A DNA stretch of 64,000 bases. It comes from Gemmatimonadota bacterium. Its GTDB lineage: Bacteria > Gemmatimonadota > Gemmatimonadetes > Longimicrobiales > Gaopeijiaceae. Position 1 is the first letter of the stretch, and each line of letters opens with the position of its first letter. The stretch lies in the NCBI GenBank assembly GCA_039587435.1, contig JBDHIJ010000024.1, forward strand, positions 3,166-67,165, written 5' to 3'. The notes beneath the pieces are model-generated. The model was not told where the DNA came from. It saw only the letters and a list, made by a program, of their open reading frames with translations, and did not search any database. A program made the position numbers and the translations under genes. Below, in pieces: positions 52,332 to 60,407 of the stretch.

Positions 52332-53303
52332 TCAGATCCGGACCGTGTCCAGGATCATCAGGATGGAGATGAGGGGATGATAGGCCAGGGAGCCCAGGAA
52401 CACGCGCCGGGCCGTCTTCGTGTTCATGTCGCGGATGCAGGCGAGGCTGGCCAGCACCAGGGCCGACCCGAGGATGGCGGCTCCCGTGGCATAGATGATT
52501 CCCGTGTAGCCCAGCGCCGTGGGCGCTACGCTCATGGGAATCAGGACGATGGAGTACCCCAGCATCTTGGGCCCGACGGTACGCCCCTCGGGATCGGTGG
52601 GGGGCATGAGTAGAAACCCGGCCCGCTCATAGTCTTCCCTCAGCATCCAGGCCAGGCCGAGGACGTGGGGCAGCTGCCAGAGGAAGGCGATCCCGAACAG
52701 AACCGCGGCCCCGGTGTCGAGGCGATCCACCGCCGCGGACCACCCGATGAGGGCGGGCATGGCTCCCGGGATGGCCCCGGCAAGGGTGGCCAGGTAGCTC
52801 CGGGGCTTCAGGGGCGTGTAGACCAGGTTGTAGACGACGGCCGACAACAGGGTGAGGGCAGCCGGCCGCGCTCCCACCCAGAACCAGGTGTGCCCCAGGC
52901 CGGCCACGAGCAGGAACAGTCCGAAGGCGAGGGCCTGCCACGCCGGGAGCCGACCGGACGGGATGGGCCGGCCCCGCGTTCTGTGCATGAGCGCGTCGGC
53001 TTCCCGCTCGATGAACTGGTTGAGCGCCAGCGCGCCACCCGTGGCCAGCACCGTTCCGAAGAGCGTGTGGAGCAGGATCATCCAGTCCACCGCGCCGCGG
53101 GCCGCGACGTAGTAGGCCACCCCGGTCGTGATCATGACGTACCCGGCGATTCCGGGCTTGGTCAGTTCGTAGAGCGCCGCGGCGTGGGACAGCCGCGTCA
53201 GGCGGTCCTCGGGCTCCCGCGTCGAAGCGGACTCAGGGACGGGCGTCGGCGCCTGCTCCGGGGGTGAATCTCCCGCCGGGGAGGGGGGCTGGATTTCGGC
53301 CAT
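52332..53303 (-). CDS. cyoE: Protoheme IX farnesyltransferase (heme O synthase)
   Basis: UbiA-family polytopic protein: LTKPGIAGYVMITT, LALNQFIEREADALMHRTRGRPIPSG. Confidence 0.92.
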   Translation of the reverse strand: MAEIQPPSPAGDSPPEQAPTPVPESASTREPEDRLTRLSHAAALYELTKPGIAGYVMITTGVAYYVAARGAVDWMILLHTLFGTVLATGGALALNQFIEREADALMHRTRGRPIPSGRLPAWQALAFGLFLLVAGLGHTWFWVGARPAALTLLSAVVYNLVYTPLKPRSYLATLAGAIPGAMPALIGWSAAVDRLDTGAAVLFGIAFLWQLPHVLGLAWMLREDYERAGFLLMPPTDPEGRTVGPKMLGYSIVLIPMSVAPTALGYTGIIYATGAAILGSALVLASLACIRDMNTKTARRVFLGSLAYHPLISILMILDTVRI

Positions 53304-53402
53304 GAACGAAACTCACCGGGCCCGAAATGGGGCGCAAGATGAACTGCGCGTCCGGCGAAGCCGCCGGCGGCGCGGCCGGACCGAAGCGTTACCTTGGGGC
53401 CC

Positions 53403-54233
53403 ATGCCTCAGCTTCTGTCCGTCTCCCCCCGCGAAGGTGAGCCGCCCGAAGGCTTTCCGTTCACCGTGCCGACCATCCGCTCCCTCGCGGAGCTGGACCT
53501 GTCGGCCCCGGTGACCCTGTTCGTGGGCGAGAACGGCTCCGGGAAGTCCACGCTGATGGAGTCGCTGGCCATCGCGGCCGCTCTTCCGGCCGTGGGCAGC
53601 GGAGCCCTGGCCCGAGATCCGACGTTGGCGGCTCAGCGGCGCCTCGCCGATCGCCTCCGGCTGACCTGGGCGACCCGGTCCCACCGGGGCTTCTTCCTTC
53701 GGGCCGAGGACTTCTTCGGCTTCCAGAAGGAGCTGGTGAAGAGCCGGGCCGAACACGAGGCCGAGATTCGCCGCCTGGACGTTGAGCTCGAGGGGGCCGG
53801 GCCGCTTGCCCGCAACCTGGCCATGGGGGTTCACCGGAAGTCCATCGGCGAGATGACCGAGCGGTACGGCGAGGACCCCGATGCCAAATCCCACGGCGAA
53901 GCCTTTCTGGACCTGTTCGCGGCGCGGCTCGTCCCCAACGGGCTCTACCTCCTGGACGAGCCGGAAGCCGCCCTCTCCCCACAGAGCCAGTTGGGCTTCC
54001 TCTCCATGATCCGGGAGTCGCTGGACCAGGGGAGCCAGTTCATCGTGGCCACCCATTCGCCCATTCTGATGGGCATCCCCGGGGCCCGGATCTACGCGTT
54101 CGACGAAGGGCGAATAGCGGAGGTGCGGTTCGATGAGCTGGAGTCGGTTGCGCTGGTCCGGGATTTCCTCCAGGCGCCCGAGCGGTTCCTGCGGCACATC
54201 TGGGGTGGGGAGGAGTCCCGGGGCTCCTCGTGA
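53403..54233 (+). CDS. Stand-alone AAA/ABC-type ATPase (COG3910-like)
   Basis: Walker A GENGSGKST, Walker B LYLLDEPEAALS, H-loop ATHSPIL. There is no transmembrane or nuclease partner adjacent. Confidence 0.85.
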   Translation: MPQLLSVSPREGEPPEGFPFTVPTIRSLAELDLSAPVTLFVGENGSGKSTLMESLAIAAALPAVGSGALARDPTLAAQRRLADRLRLTWATRSHRGFFLRAEDFFGFQKELVKSRAEHEAEIRRLDVELEGAGPLARNLAMGVHRKSIGEMTERYGEDPDAKSHGEAFLDLFAARLVPNGLYLLDEPEAALSPQSQLGFLSMIRESLDQGSQFIVATHSPILMGIPGARIYAFDEGRIAEVRFDELESVALVRDFLQAPERFLRHIWGGEESRGSS

Positions 54234-54294
54234 GCCCAAAAGAACTCGTGGTTCATTGCCGGGGGTCGACGCCTCGGGCAACTTGAGACAGGTC

Positions 54295-54325
54295 GGGCCC
54301 CCGGTGGGATTCCTTCCGGGGGCCC
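54295..54325 (+). terminator. GC hairpin after the ATPase gene
   Basis: GGGCCCCCGG / CCGGGGGCCC form a perfect 10-bp stem with an 11-nt loop. The T-tract is weak (TCGTGCTT). Confidence 0.35.
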
Positions 54326-54364
54326 TCGTGCTTCCCCCTGAGCTTCGTCCCGAGTCGACACCCC

Positions 54365-56236
54365 ATGAAGACTCTGCTGCTGGCGGCCCTCCTGGCCCTC
54401 CCCCAGTCCGACACCCTCCCGGTCCCCCACGCCTATCAGGACGCGCTCCGGGCCGGCACCCGCACACGGGCCGGTGCGCCCGGGCCCCGGTATTTCGTGA
54501 ACCAGGTGGACTACCGGATCGAGACCCGGATCGACCCGGCGCGAGCCCGGGTCTGGGGCAGCGAGGTGGTAACGGTCACCAACAACTCGCCGGACGCGCT
54601 GACCCAGGTCTCCATGAACATGACGCAGAACGTGTTCGCCCCGGGGAACCCCCGGAACCGCTCGGCGCCCATCACGGGAGGGTTCGACGAACTGGCGGTG
54701 ACCATCCAGGGTCGTGCCGTGCCGGAGATGCCCCGGCCCGTCCGGGCCATCGGGACCACCAACATGGTCTTCGACCTGGTGGAGTCCGTGCCTCCAGGCG
54801 GTTCCTTCGAGATGGAGGTCCAGTGGAGCTTCGAGGTGCCCGAGGGGACCTTTCGCATGGGGCGTGAGGGAACCGAGGTCTTCTACCTGGCCCAGTGGTA
54901 CCCGCAGGTCGCCGTCTACGACGACCTCAACGGCTGGAAGAGGGATCCCTACCTGGGCGACGGTGAGTTCTACGTCGACTACGGCACGTTCGACGTCCGG
55001 ATCACTGCGCCGCACCGATGGCTGGTCAGCGCGTCCGGTGTCCTCCAGAACCCCGAGGAGGTGCTGACGCCCACCGCCCAGGGCCGGCTGGCCAACACCT
55101 CGGCCGAGACGATTATGAACGTGGTCACCGCCGAGGACCTGGCCGCGGGCGAGTCCACGGCCACGTCACCCGACGGCACCCTCACCTGGCACTACGTCGC
55201 CGAGAACGTCCGCGACTTCGCCTGGGGTACGTCCAATCGCTACGTGTGGGACGCCACGGTCTCGGAGTACGAGGGGCTGAATGGCCAGACCCAGACCTCC
55301 ATGATCCACACCTTCTACCGGCCGGATCAGGCCAACTGGGATCGTTCCGCCGAGTTCGCCAAGCACGCCATCGACAACCTGTCCTACTGGTACCCGTATC
55401 CGTATCCCCAGATGACGGTGAACGAGGGCGTAATCGGGGGCGGGATGGAGTACCCGATGATCACGATCATCGGCGGCGGGCGGACGCCCGAGTCGCTCTA
55501 CGGGGTGACGGCCCACGAACTCGCCCACATGTGGTGGCCCATGGTGGTGGGCACCAACGAGAAGGCCCACGCGTGGATGGACGAGGGATTGGCCTCGTTC
55601 GCCGAGGACCTGACCATGCCCATGATCTTCCCCGACGTGGACGCGGGGCGGAACACCATGAACGGGTACCTGAGGGTCGGCGGCACGGACGCCGAAACCG
55701 AGTCCATGCGCCACGCCGACACATACGGCCCCTTCGGCAACCGCGGTCTGGCCAGCTACGGCAAACCCGCCACGGGCTTCCGCATGCTCCGGTACATCCT
55801 GGGCGAGGAGCTCTTCGACGAGGCGCTGAAGGAGTACACCCGGCGGTGGGCCTACAAGCACCCCCATCCCCTGGACCTGTTCTGGACCTTCGAGGACGTG
55901 ACCGACCGGGACCTGGACTGGTTCTTCTACCCGTGGATGTACACCACCCGAGTGGTGGACCAGGCCATCACCAGCATGGAGGTGAGCAACGGCGGGCGCA
56001 CGGTCCGGATCGTGGTGGAGGACCTGGGCGAAATCCCCCTGCCGGTCTTCGTGAACATCGAGTTGGAGGGGGGCACCCTGGTCACGGCCGAGGCCGGGCA
56101 TGACGAGTGGGAGGACCGTCGACTGGTGCTGGAGGTCGACCTGCCGGCGCCCATCGTGCGGGCGGTCATCGACCCCGACGAGATGTACCCGGACGTGGAC
56201 CGGATGAACAACTCCTGGACCCCGGGGATGCAGTAG
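54365..56236 (+). CDS. M1 family metallopeptidase, exported
   Basis: Signal MKTLLLAALLALP, zinc motif HELAHMWW, and downstream WMDEGLASF. Confidence 0.92.
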   Translation: MKTLLLAALLALPQSDTLPVPHAYQDALRAGTRTRAGAPGPRYFVNQVDYRIETRIDPARARVWGSEVVTVTNNSPDALTQVSMNMTQNVFAPGNPRNRSAPITGGFDELAVTIQGRAVPEMPRPVRAIGTTNMVFDLVESVPPGGSFEMEVQWSFEVPEGTFRMGREGTEVFYLAQWYPQVAVYDDLNGWKRDPYLGDGEFYVDYGTFDVRITAPHRWLVSASGVLQNPEEVLTPTAQGRLANTSAETIMNVVTAEDLAAGESTATSPDGTLTWHYVAENVRDFAWGTSNRYVWDATVSEYEGLNGQTQTSMIHTFYRPDQANWDRSAEFAKHAIDNLSYWYPYPYPQMTVNEGVIGGGMEYPMITIIGGGRTPESLYGVTAHELAHMWWPMVVGTNEKAHAWMDEGLASFAEDLTMPMIFPDVDAGRNTMNGYLRVGGTDAETESMRHADTYGPFGNRGLASYGKPATGFRMLRYILGEELFDEALKEYTRRWAYKHPHPLDLFWTFEDVTDRDLDWFFYPWMYTTRVVDQAITSMEVSNGGRTVRIVVEDLGEIPLPVFVNIELEGGTLVTAEAGHDEWEDRRLVLEVDLPAPIVRAVIDPDEMYPDVDRMNNSWTPGMQ

Positions 56237-56456
56237 CCAAGGGCCCTCTTCGCCGCCCGCCGACGGCGCCGGCCCGCCTGCTCCGGGCTCGGCCGGGGAA
56301 ACCTCATCGGGATCGGAAACCTCCGGGCCCTGTTACCGGTATTGTATAGTGGATCTGGCGGAATCTGCGGTCCCACTCCGGTGATCGCCCGCCACGCGTG
56401 TGCCCCCTGCACCCAGGGCCCTTCCGGTGAGCAAGGAAAAAGACCAGGAACAGCCG

Positions 56457-57197
56457 ATGGATCCCTGGGATGCCCAGGTCCATGACTGGTCGATTCCGGA
56501 CCACCTGCTCTCCGTCGAGCAGCGGTTCGACCGGGAGAGGATCCGGAATCGGAAGGCCATGTGGATCGCCGTGGGCGCGTACCTGGTCATGGGCCTTTTC
56601 CTCCTCCTGTTCTGGCGGGGCAGCCCGAATCTCCAGTCGCCGTACGCGGCGGCCGGTCCCCGGGCCGGTGACGCACGGGCGGCGGCCGGGGGGATGCAGG
56701 CCATGCAACTCCAGATCCGGCAGACCCAGCCCATTCCCCGGCCTCCCCGCCCCCTGGAGGTGGCGGTGGAGATCGAGACCGAGCCCGTCGATTTCGAGGA
56801 GGAGCCCCAGGAGATGTCGGAGATCCTGGGGGACGCTCCCGGCGACGCCGCCGATGCCGGCGAGGGCAACAACCAGGGCCCGGGCATGGCCGACGGCACC
56901 GGACAGGGTGACGGCGGCACGGCCGACGAGGGGCTCTTCCGCCTCATGCCGCCGGTGCCGAGGGGCATGATCATGCCGCCCACCAACGACAACCTCCGCG
57001 GCAACGAGGTCGAAGTCTGGGTGTTCGTGGACGAGACGGGACGCGTTGTGCCCGACTCCACCTACCTGGTCCCGCCGACCCGGGACCGGCGCTTCAACGA
57101 GCGCCTTCTGGCCGAGGCCGCCGAGTGGGTGTTCCGGCCAGCCACCAAGGGCGGCGAGGCCGTGGCTGCCTGGTTCCCCTACAAGATCAGCATGTAG
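56457..57197 (+). CDS. TonB-like energy transducer
   Basis: Single TM (MWIAVGAYLVMGLFLLLFW), a Pro/acidic-rich linker, and a C-terminal TonB_C-like domain (VEVWVFVDETGRVV...AAEWVFRPATKGGEAV). Start is one of GTG 56400, GTG 56430 or ATG 56457. Confidence 0.75.
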   Translation: MDPWDAQVHDWSIPDHLLSVEQRFDRERIRNRKAMWIAVGAYLVMGLFLLLFWRGSPNLQSPYAAAGPRAGDARAAAGGMQAMQLQIRQTQPIPRPPRPLEVAVEIETEPVDFEEEPQEMSEILGDAPGDAADAGEGNNQGPGMADGTGQGDGGTADEGLFRLMPPVPRGMIMPPTNDNLRGNEVEVWVFVDETGRVVPDSTYLVPPTRDRRFNERLLAEAAEWVFRPATKGGEAVAAWFPYKISM

Positions 57198-57262
57198 GGG
57201 AGCGGGATCCGAGACCGCGGGCCGGCGAGTCGGCGGTTCGGGCGCGCGTGACGCCCCCGGGG

Positions 57263-58687
57263 CTAGCCCGTCGTCGCGGGCGCCACGTTCTGGTTCACCC
57301 GGAAGAGGTTGCCCGGGTCGTAGCGGTTCTTGAGCTCGACCAGTCGATCGTAGCTGGGCCCGTATGCCGAGGCGACACGGTCGCCCTCCTCCTCGGTCAT
57401 GAAGTTCACGTACGCTTCCCCGGTCGCGAACGGTGCGGTGGCTCCGAACAGGTTGCGGCACCACGCGACGCACGTGTCGTCCATCCCCGCGTCACTCCAG
57501 CGCCCGTGGACGTTCATCAGGAATGCGGCGCTGCGTCCCTGATAGGCCGTTGCCTCGTCGGGTATCCGACTCTGCATCCCCCCGAGCTGACCCAGGAAGA
57601 CCTCGCACTGGGGATCGGGGATCCTGCCGACGTACTCGAGGAGGGTGTCGATCAGGTCGTCGGTGAGCTCGTCGAAATCGTGGGTCTTCCAGTAATTCCG
57701 CTCGCCGGGGGTGAGCAGTGGATCGAAAGCCTGCTGCCAGTCCACGAACGGGCTCGGTCCGATGACGTCGGCAATGGGGCTGCCGATCGCCCGCATCGGC
57801 GCCAATGCCTGTTCTCCCTCGGCCATGTCCCCGGCATACATGGCGGCGAGAACGAGGACCTCGGTGCCGTGCACCTCCTCGGGAAGGAAGGGGAGGGGCG
57901 GTGCCTTGCGGAGGACGCACCAGACGCTGGCCTCGTCGGGGGCGGCCGCCGCGTAGTCCCGATACTGCCGGAGCACGTCGCCCGCGGCATCGAAGGGGTG
58001 CACGACCAGGCCGGCGAGTACCTCCGGTCCCAACGGGTAGGCGTCGAACTCGAACGACGTCACGATGCCGAAGTTGCCTCCGCCGCCTCTCAGGCCCCAG
58101 AACAGGTCCGCGTTCTCCGATTCGCTCGCGGTCACCGTGCTGCCGTCGGCGAGCACGACCCGGGCCGAGACCAGGCTGTCGATGGTCATCCCGTGCTTCC
58201 GCCCCAGCCATCCCACGCCCCCCCCGAGCGTGAGGCCCGCGATCCCGGTCGTGGAGTTGATCCCGATGGGCACGGCCAGGGCGTGCTCCTGAGTCGCCGC
58301 GTCGACATCGCCCAGGGTGGCGCCCGGTTGAATGAGGACCCGCCGGGTGTCCGGGTCCACGGACACCCCTCGCATGCCGCTGAAGGAGATGGTCAGCGCA
58401 CCGTCCGCCAGGGCGTTGCCGGCGATGTTGTGGCCCGCACCAAAGACCGAGAGCAGCACACCGTGCTCGCGGGCGAAATTCACCGCCCGGGCAACGTCCC
58501 CCGCGCTCGAGACCTGTACGACGGCACCGGGGCGCTTCTGGATCATGGCGTTCCAGAGGGTCCGCGCCTCGTCGTAGCCGGCCTGTCCCGGAAGGACGAG
58601 GGCCCCGTCGAGAGAGGCAGCCAGAGCATCGAGGTGAGAGTCGTCGAGGCTGATCTGTGCGCCGTCGAGGGAGGTGAAGTCGGCCAT
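57263..58687 (-). CDS. FAD-binding oxidoreductase (FAD_binding_4 + BBE-like C-terminus)
   Basis: ATG at 58687 after AAGGAG. FGAGHNIAG and GGGGNFGIVTSFEF motifs, and a C-terminal YDRLVELKNRYDPGNLFRVNQNV. Confidence 0.92.
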   Translation of the reverse strand: MADFTSLDGAQISLDDSHLDALAASLDGALVLPGQAGYDEARTLWNAMIQKRPGAVVQVSSAGDVARAVNFAREHGVLLSVFGAGHNIAGNALADGALTISFSGMRGVSVDPDTRRVLIQPGATLGDVDAATQEHALAVPIGINSTTGIAGLTLGGGVGWLGRKHGMTIDSLVSARVVLADGSTVTASESENADLFWGLRGGGGNFGIVTSFEFDAYPLGPEVLAGLVVHPFDAAGDVLRQYRDYAAAAPDEASVWCVLRKAPPLPFLPEEVHGTEVLVLAAMYAGDMAEGEQALAPMRAIGSPIADVIGPSPFVDWQQAFDPLLTPGERNYWKTHDFDELTDDLIDTLLEYVGRIPDPQCEVFLGQLGGMQSRIPDEATAYQGRSAAFLMNVHGRWSDAGMDDTCVAWCRNLFGATAPFATGEAYVNFMTEEEGDRVASAYGPSYDRLVELKNRYDPGNLFRVNQNVAPATTG

Positions 58688-58790
58688 GAGGTGCTCCTTG
58701 CCTAGGGTCGCCGAGCGTCCCGGCAGGTTGCGCTCATGCTGCGGTTCTGGCAAGGAAATTCTTCCGCGCCTCAGGATCCGGTGGCTCCGA

Positions 58791-59865
58791 TCAGGTCTCC
58801 CCGGCGTCGGCGGGCAGCGAGACCCTCAGGACGGCATACCCGGCCACCGCCGCCACCGCGGACCCCATCAGCACGCCCAGTTTCGCGAGGCCGATGGAGC
58901 CCGAGGCACTCTCTTCGAAGGCGAGGGCGGAGATGAACAGGCTCATCGTGAAGCCGACCCCGGCGAGGAGGCTGACTCCCGCGACATGCGGCCAGCGTAC
59001 CCCGTCGGGGAGCGAGGCGGCGCGAACCAGCACGGCCAGCACGCTGGCGCCAAAGACCCCGACGAGCTTGCCCACGACCAGACCGAGCGCGATGCCCAGG
59101 GGGAGGGGCTGCAGCACATCAGCCATGGACAGGCCCCCGAGGGGTACGGCCGCGTTGGCGAGTGCGAAGACCGGCAGGACCCCGAACGCGACCCAGGGAT
59201 GGAGCTTGTGCTCCAGGGTCCTGAGCGGGCACCCCTCCGCGTCAACGTTTCGCTCCATCGGGATGAACATGGCCAGCGCCCATGGTCGAGAGCTCGTAGG
59301 TGTAGAACAGGGCGATGATCGTGATCGCGCCCAGGTCGTCGAACACAGCGACGCTCAGCAGGAGCGCTTTGAGCGAGCTGGGGACCCGATCACCCATCAG
59401 GCTGAGGATCCCGAGCGCGAAGGCGATGTCGGTGGCCGCCGGGATCGCCCATCCGCGCATGGCGTCCGGATCTCCCTGGTTCAGCCAGACGAAGAGGAGG
59501 ATCGGGAGCGCCATCCCGCCGGCCGCGGCGAAGGCCGGGAGGGCCGCCTTCCCCAGGCTCGAGAGGTGCCCTTCCAGGACCTCTCTCTTGAGCTCCAGCC
59601 CGACCAGCAGGAAGAAGACCGCCATGAGTCCGTCGTTGATCCACAGGATCAGTGGCTTCGCCAGCCCCGCGTCTCCGAGACGGATCTCGAAGGTCAGGTG
59701 AAGCATCCGGTCGAAGGCTTCGGCCAGCGGCGAGTTGGCGACGACCATGGCCAGTGCGGCTGCCGCCATCAGGACCAGCCCACCCGAGGATTCGAGGTGG
59801 AGGAACTCCTGGAACCGCTCGATGGGAGATCGAGGCGCGTGATCCGTAGTCGAGTGTGCGGCCAT
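58791..59865 (-). pseudogene. nhaA: Na+/H+ antiporter NhaA, disrupted by an internal out-of-frame deletion
   Basis: ORF 59242-59895 carries the NhaA N-half up to FDDLGAITIIALFYTYELS, then runs into a stop. ORF 58791-59270, in a different frame, carries FIPME...RTLEHKLHPWVAFGVLPVFALANA...GVGFTMSLFISALAF. The roughly 50 residues that normally lie between them are absent. Confidence 0.8.
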
Positions 59866-59998
59866 CGTTACGACCTTGTTCGGGGTCTGCTCCAAGGCCC
59901 GGCCCGGAATGTTCGGGGGGGTCCGGCGGGGCGCGGGCGAAGGTAGATCCGGGTTACCCAGGATGGAAGGGGACGATCCGCGCCGGCAGTCGAGGGGC

Positions 59999-60053
59999 TT
60001 GCCGTCCCGAAGTCTAGAATGTAGATATGATACATCTCTAGAATCTAGACTTC
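59999..60053 (+). promoter_or_regulatory. Promoter plus composite palindromic operator upstream of padR
   Basis: The promoter is TTGCCG (59999-60004), a 17-bp spacer, then TAGATA (60022-60027). The outer perfect 10-bp inverted repeat is GAAGTCTAGA / TCTAGACTTC (60009-60018 / 60044-60053). The inner dyad is ATGTA-N7-TACAT (60019-60035). TCTAGAAT is repeated at 60013 and 60037. The stretch is strikingly AT-rich for this window. Confidence 0.5.
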
Positions 60054-60059
60054 GCCACG

Positions 60060-60407
60060 ATGGGAGCCATGACCGAGCATACGTACCTGGGAGAGCTGGA
60101 GCAGCGGGTGCTGTGGGCCGTTCTGCGTATGGGCGGCGACGGCTACGGTACCACGATCCTCGAGGAGCTCAACGCCCGGTTGGACCGCGTGGTGAGCCCG
60201 GGCGCTCTCTATGCCACCCTCGACCGTCTGGAGCAGAAGGGGATGATCCGGTCCAGGCTGGAGGACGGCGATCCGAAGCGGGGAGGTCGCCGGAAGCGCT
60301 ACATGGCGGTGACCGCGGAGGGACGGACCGCTCTGGAGCGGGTGAGGGAGGAGTGGAAGAGACTCTGGGCTGGGATGGACCCGGCGGTCGGGGCCCATGA
60401 GCCCTGA
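60060..60407 (+). CDS. PadR family transcriptional regulator
   Basis: Winged-helix pattern LEQRVLWAVLRMGGDGYGTTILEEL...PGALYATLDRLEQKGMI...KRYMAVTAEG. Confidence 0.9.
   Translation: MGAMTEHTYLGELEQRVLWAVLRMGGDGYGTTILEELNARLDRVVSPGALYATLDRLEQKGMIRSRLEDGDPKRGGRRKRYMAVTAEGRTALERVREEWKRLWAGMDPAVGAHEP

Noticed and set aside
56297-56323. Direct repeat GGAAACCTC twice, 18 nt apart, upstream of the TonB-like gene; considered as a mini CRISPR or tandem repeat.
   Set aside because: There are only two 9-bp copies, no further periodicity and no cas genes. It is too short to be meaningful.
59242-59270. Overlap of the two nhaA ORFs considered as a programmed +1 frameshift site.
   Set aside because: Joining the frames would still lack about 50 residues (two TM helices) present in all NhaA proteins I know. 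There is no slippery motif. A deletion pseudogene is the simpler explanation.
60009-60053. The perfect 10-bp inverted repeats with TCTAGA cores were considered as terminal inverted repeats of a MITE or IS.
   Set aside because: The arms are only 25 bp apart, with no transposase and no target-site duplication. The location and inner ATGT/ACAT dyad fit a PadR operator/promoter much better.
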